Shown: in pieces, positions 62,978-64,000 of the stretch
How positions within the stretch are numbered: position 1 is the first letter of the stretch
How the letters are laid out: every line of letters begins with the position of its first letter
Origin: Bacilli bacterium
GTDB taxonomy: Bacteria; Bacillota_I; Bacilli_A; RFN20; CAG-826
NCBI GenBank assembly: GCA_050952805.1
Contig: JBMNLM010000001.1
Coordinates: 465,967-529,966, forward strand
DNA length: 64,000 nucleotides
Direction: 5' to 3'
The notes under the pieces: generated by a model
The model's database searches: none
Told to the model about the DNA's origin: nothing
Seen by the model: only the letters and a program-made list of their open reading frames with translations
Program-made: the position numbers and the translations under genes

Positions 62978-63045
62978 AATTATCTCTCTCATTCACTTCT
63001 TTACACCTTCATTTTAGCCGCGAAACTAGAGAAAAACAAGTATTA

Positions 63046-63059
63046 AGTTAAGCGGTTAA
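63046..63059. promoter_or_regulatory. inverted repeat GTTAA-GCGG-TTAAC in the promoter region of the sugar locus (candidate LacI-family operator)
   Basis: 5-bp perfect arms 26 nt downstream of the LacI gene stop and about 70 nt upstream of the 877-aa lipoprotein start. Confidence 0.25.
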
Positions 63060-63084
63060 CAAGAATGTGAAAAAAATAAGGCTT

Positions 63085-64000
63085 TTATTCGTTAGTATAC
63101 GGTTTTGTTGAGTTGCGAATTATAAGTTCTGGTTCGATGACAACGAGGTTTTCTTTTACTTCAATATTGTTAAGTTGTTTTTTTAGTAAATCCATAACAA
63201 TTTCAGCTTTTTTATCGATGTGTTGTCTTATTGTTGTAAGGGGTGGGAAAACGTAAGTTGCCGTTCTTAGGTCATCAAAACCAACGACACTTAAATTTTC
63301 TGGTACCTTTTTGCCTCGTTGTTCATAGGCGCTTATTACCCCAATTGCGATAATATCGGCGGTACAAACGACAGCGGTTACTCTGTCATCTTCAATAATT
63401 TTGTTAGCAACGTCAAAGCCACCTGCAAAATTTGGATAACAAGTATACGTGATAGTTTCTTTAATTCCTGCTTCTTCTAGAGCTTCTACGTAGCCTAGAT
63501 AGCGTTCGTTATCGAGTTGCGAGCGAGATTCACTACCGACAAAGCCAATTTTTTTATGACCAAGTTCAATTAAATGCTTGGTCGCAAGATAGGTTCCAAG
63601 GCGGTCGTTGCTGCGAATATTAAGATGTTTTTTAAATTCACTTGCGTAAACATCAATAAAAATAAGCGGCATGTGAAGTTGTTCTATTTTAAAAGCCTCT
63701 TCGCTTGGGAATTTTCCAAGTAAAATTACAGCATCAAAGTTTCTCGAAAGTGCCCAGCGAATAAAGTCGTCTTGATTTTTACAACCAAGAACTAAATCAT
63801 ATCCACTATCGCGGTTAAATTTTTCAATAGCAGCAATAAATTCCATGTAAAAAGGATTCTCTAACATAAAGGAATGCGAATTGTCTTCTTTTAAGGTTGG
63901 TAAAAATAAACCAACGAGTCGTGACTTGCCGCGTGATAAGTTTCTAGCGGTCGCATCAGGAACGTAACCTGTTCTTTTAATTTCTGCTAAGACTTTTTCG
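63085..64000 (-). CDS. LacI-family transcriptional regulator (5-prime HTH end beyond window)
   Basis: Periplasmic-binding-protein-like ligand domain. Reading frame continues upstream of the listed Met through ...EIKRTGYVPDATARNLSRGKS, the LacI linker/HTH end, to the window edge. Confidence 0.8.
   Translation of the reverse strand, partial: EKVLAEIKRTGYVPDATARNLSRGKSRLVGLFLPTLKEDNSHSFMLENPFYMEFIAAIEKFNRDSGYDLVLGCKNQDDFIRWALSRNFDAVILLGKFPSEEAFKIEQLHMPLIFIDVYASEFKKHLNIRSNDRLGTYLATKHLIELGHKKIGFVGSESRSQLDNERYLGYVEALEEAGIKETITYTCYPNFAGGFDVANKIIEDDRVTAVVCTADIIAIGVISAYEQRGKKVPENLSVVGFDDLRTATYVFPPLTTIRQHIDKKAEIVMDLLKKQLNNIEVKENLVVIEPELIIRNSTKPYTNE

Overview
Low-GC (Mollicutes/Erysipelotrichia-like) chromosome segment with standard stop-codon usage (TGA is a stop). 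It has many lipobox lipoproteins and lacks L30. From about 950 to 44300, roughly 60 transcription/translation genes lie co-oriented on the minus strand. In transcription order they are the S10-spc-alpha ribosomal operons (rpsJ...rplQ), then cysS-mgtC-rlmB-sigH-rpmG-secE-nusG, then rplKAJL-ybxB-rpoBC, then rpsL-rpsG-fusA-tuf. Three lineage-specific insertions interrupt this core. The first is three tandem paralogous M6 (InhA-like) zinc-metalloprotease lipoproteins between rpoC and rpsL. The second is a divergent ktrBA potassium-uptake pair between rplK and nusG. The third is three tandem paralogous ~80-aa two-TM membrane proteins between cysS and rplQ. Downstream (44600-47930) is a queT-tgt-queA-queH queuosine salvage operon, apparently controlled by a preQ1-I riboswitch. 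From 47960 to the window end lies a carbohydrate-utilisation locus: LacI regulator, three large surface lipoproteins (two with a beta-helix glycanase-like core plus discoidin-like modules), an ABC sugar importer, two GH65 disaccharide phosphorylases and beta-phosphoglucomutase. No rRNA, tRNA, CRISPR or transposase genes were recognised. Several ribosomal proteins carry long low-complexity charged extensions. Three promoter/leader regions contain 18-21 nt perfectly alternating purine-pyrimidine tracts.
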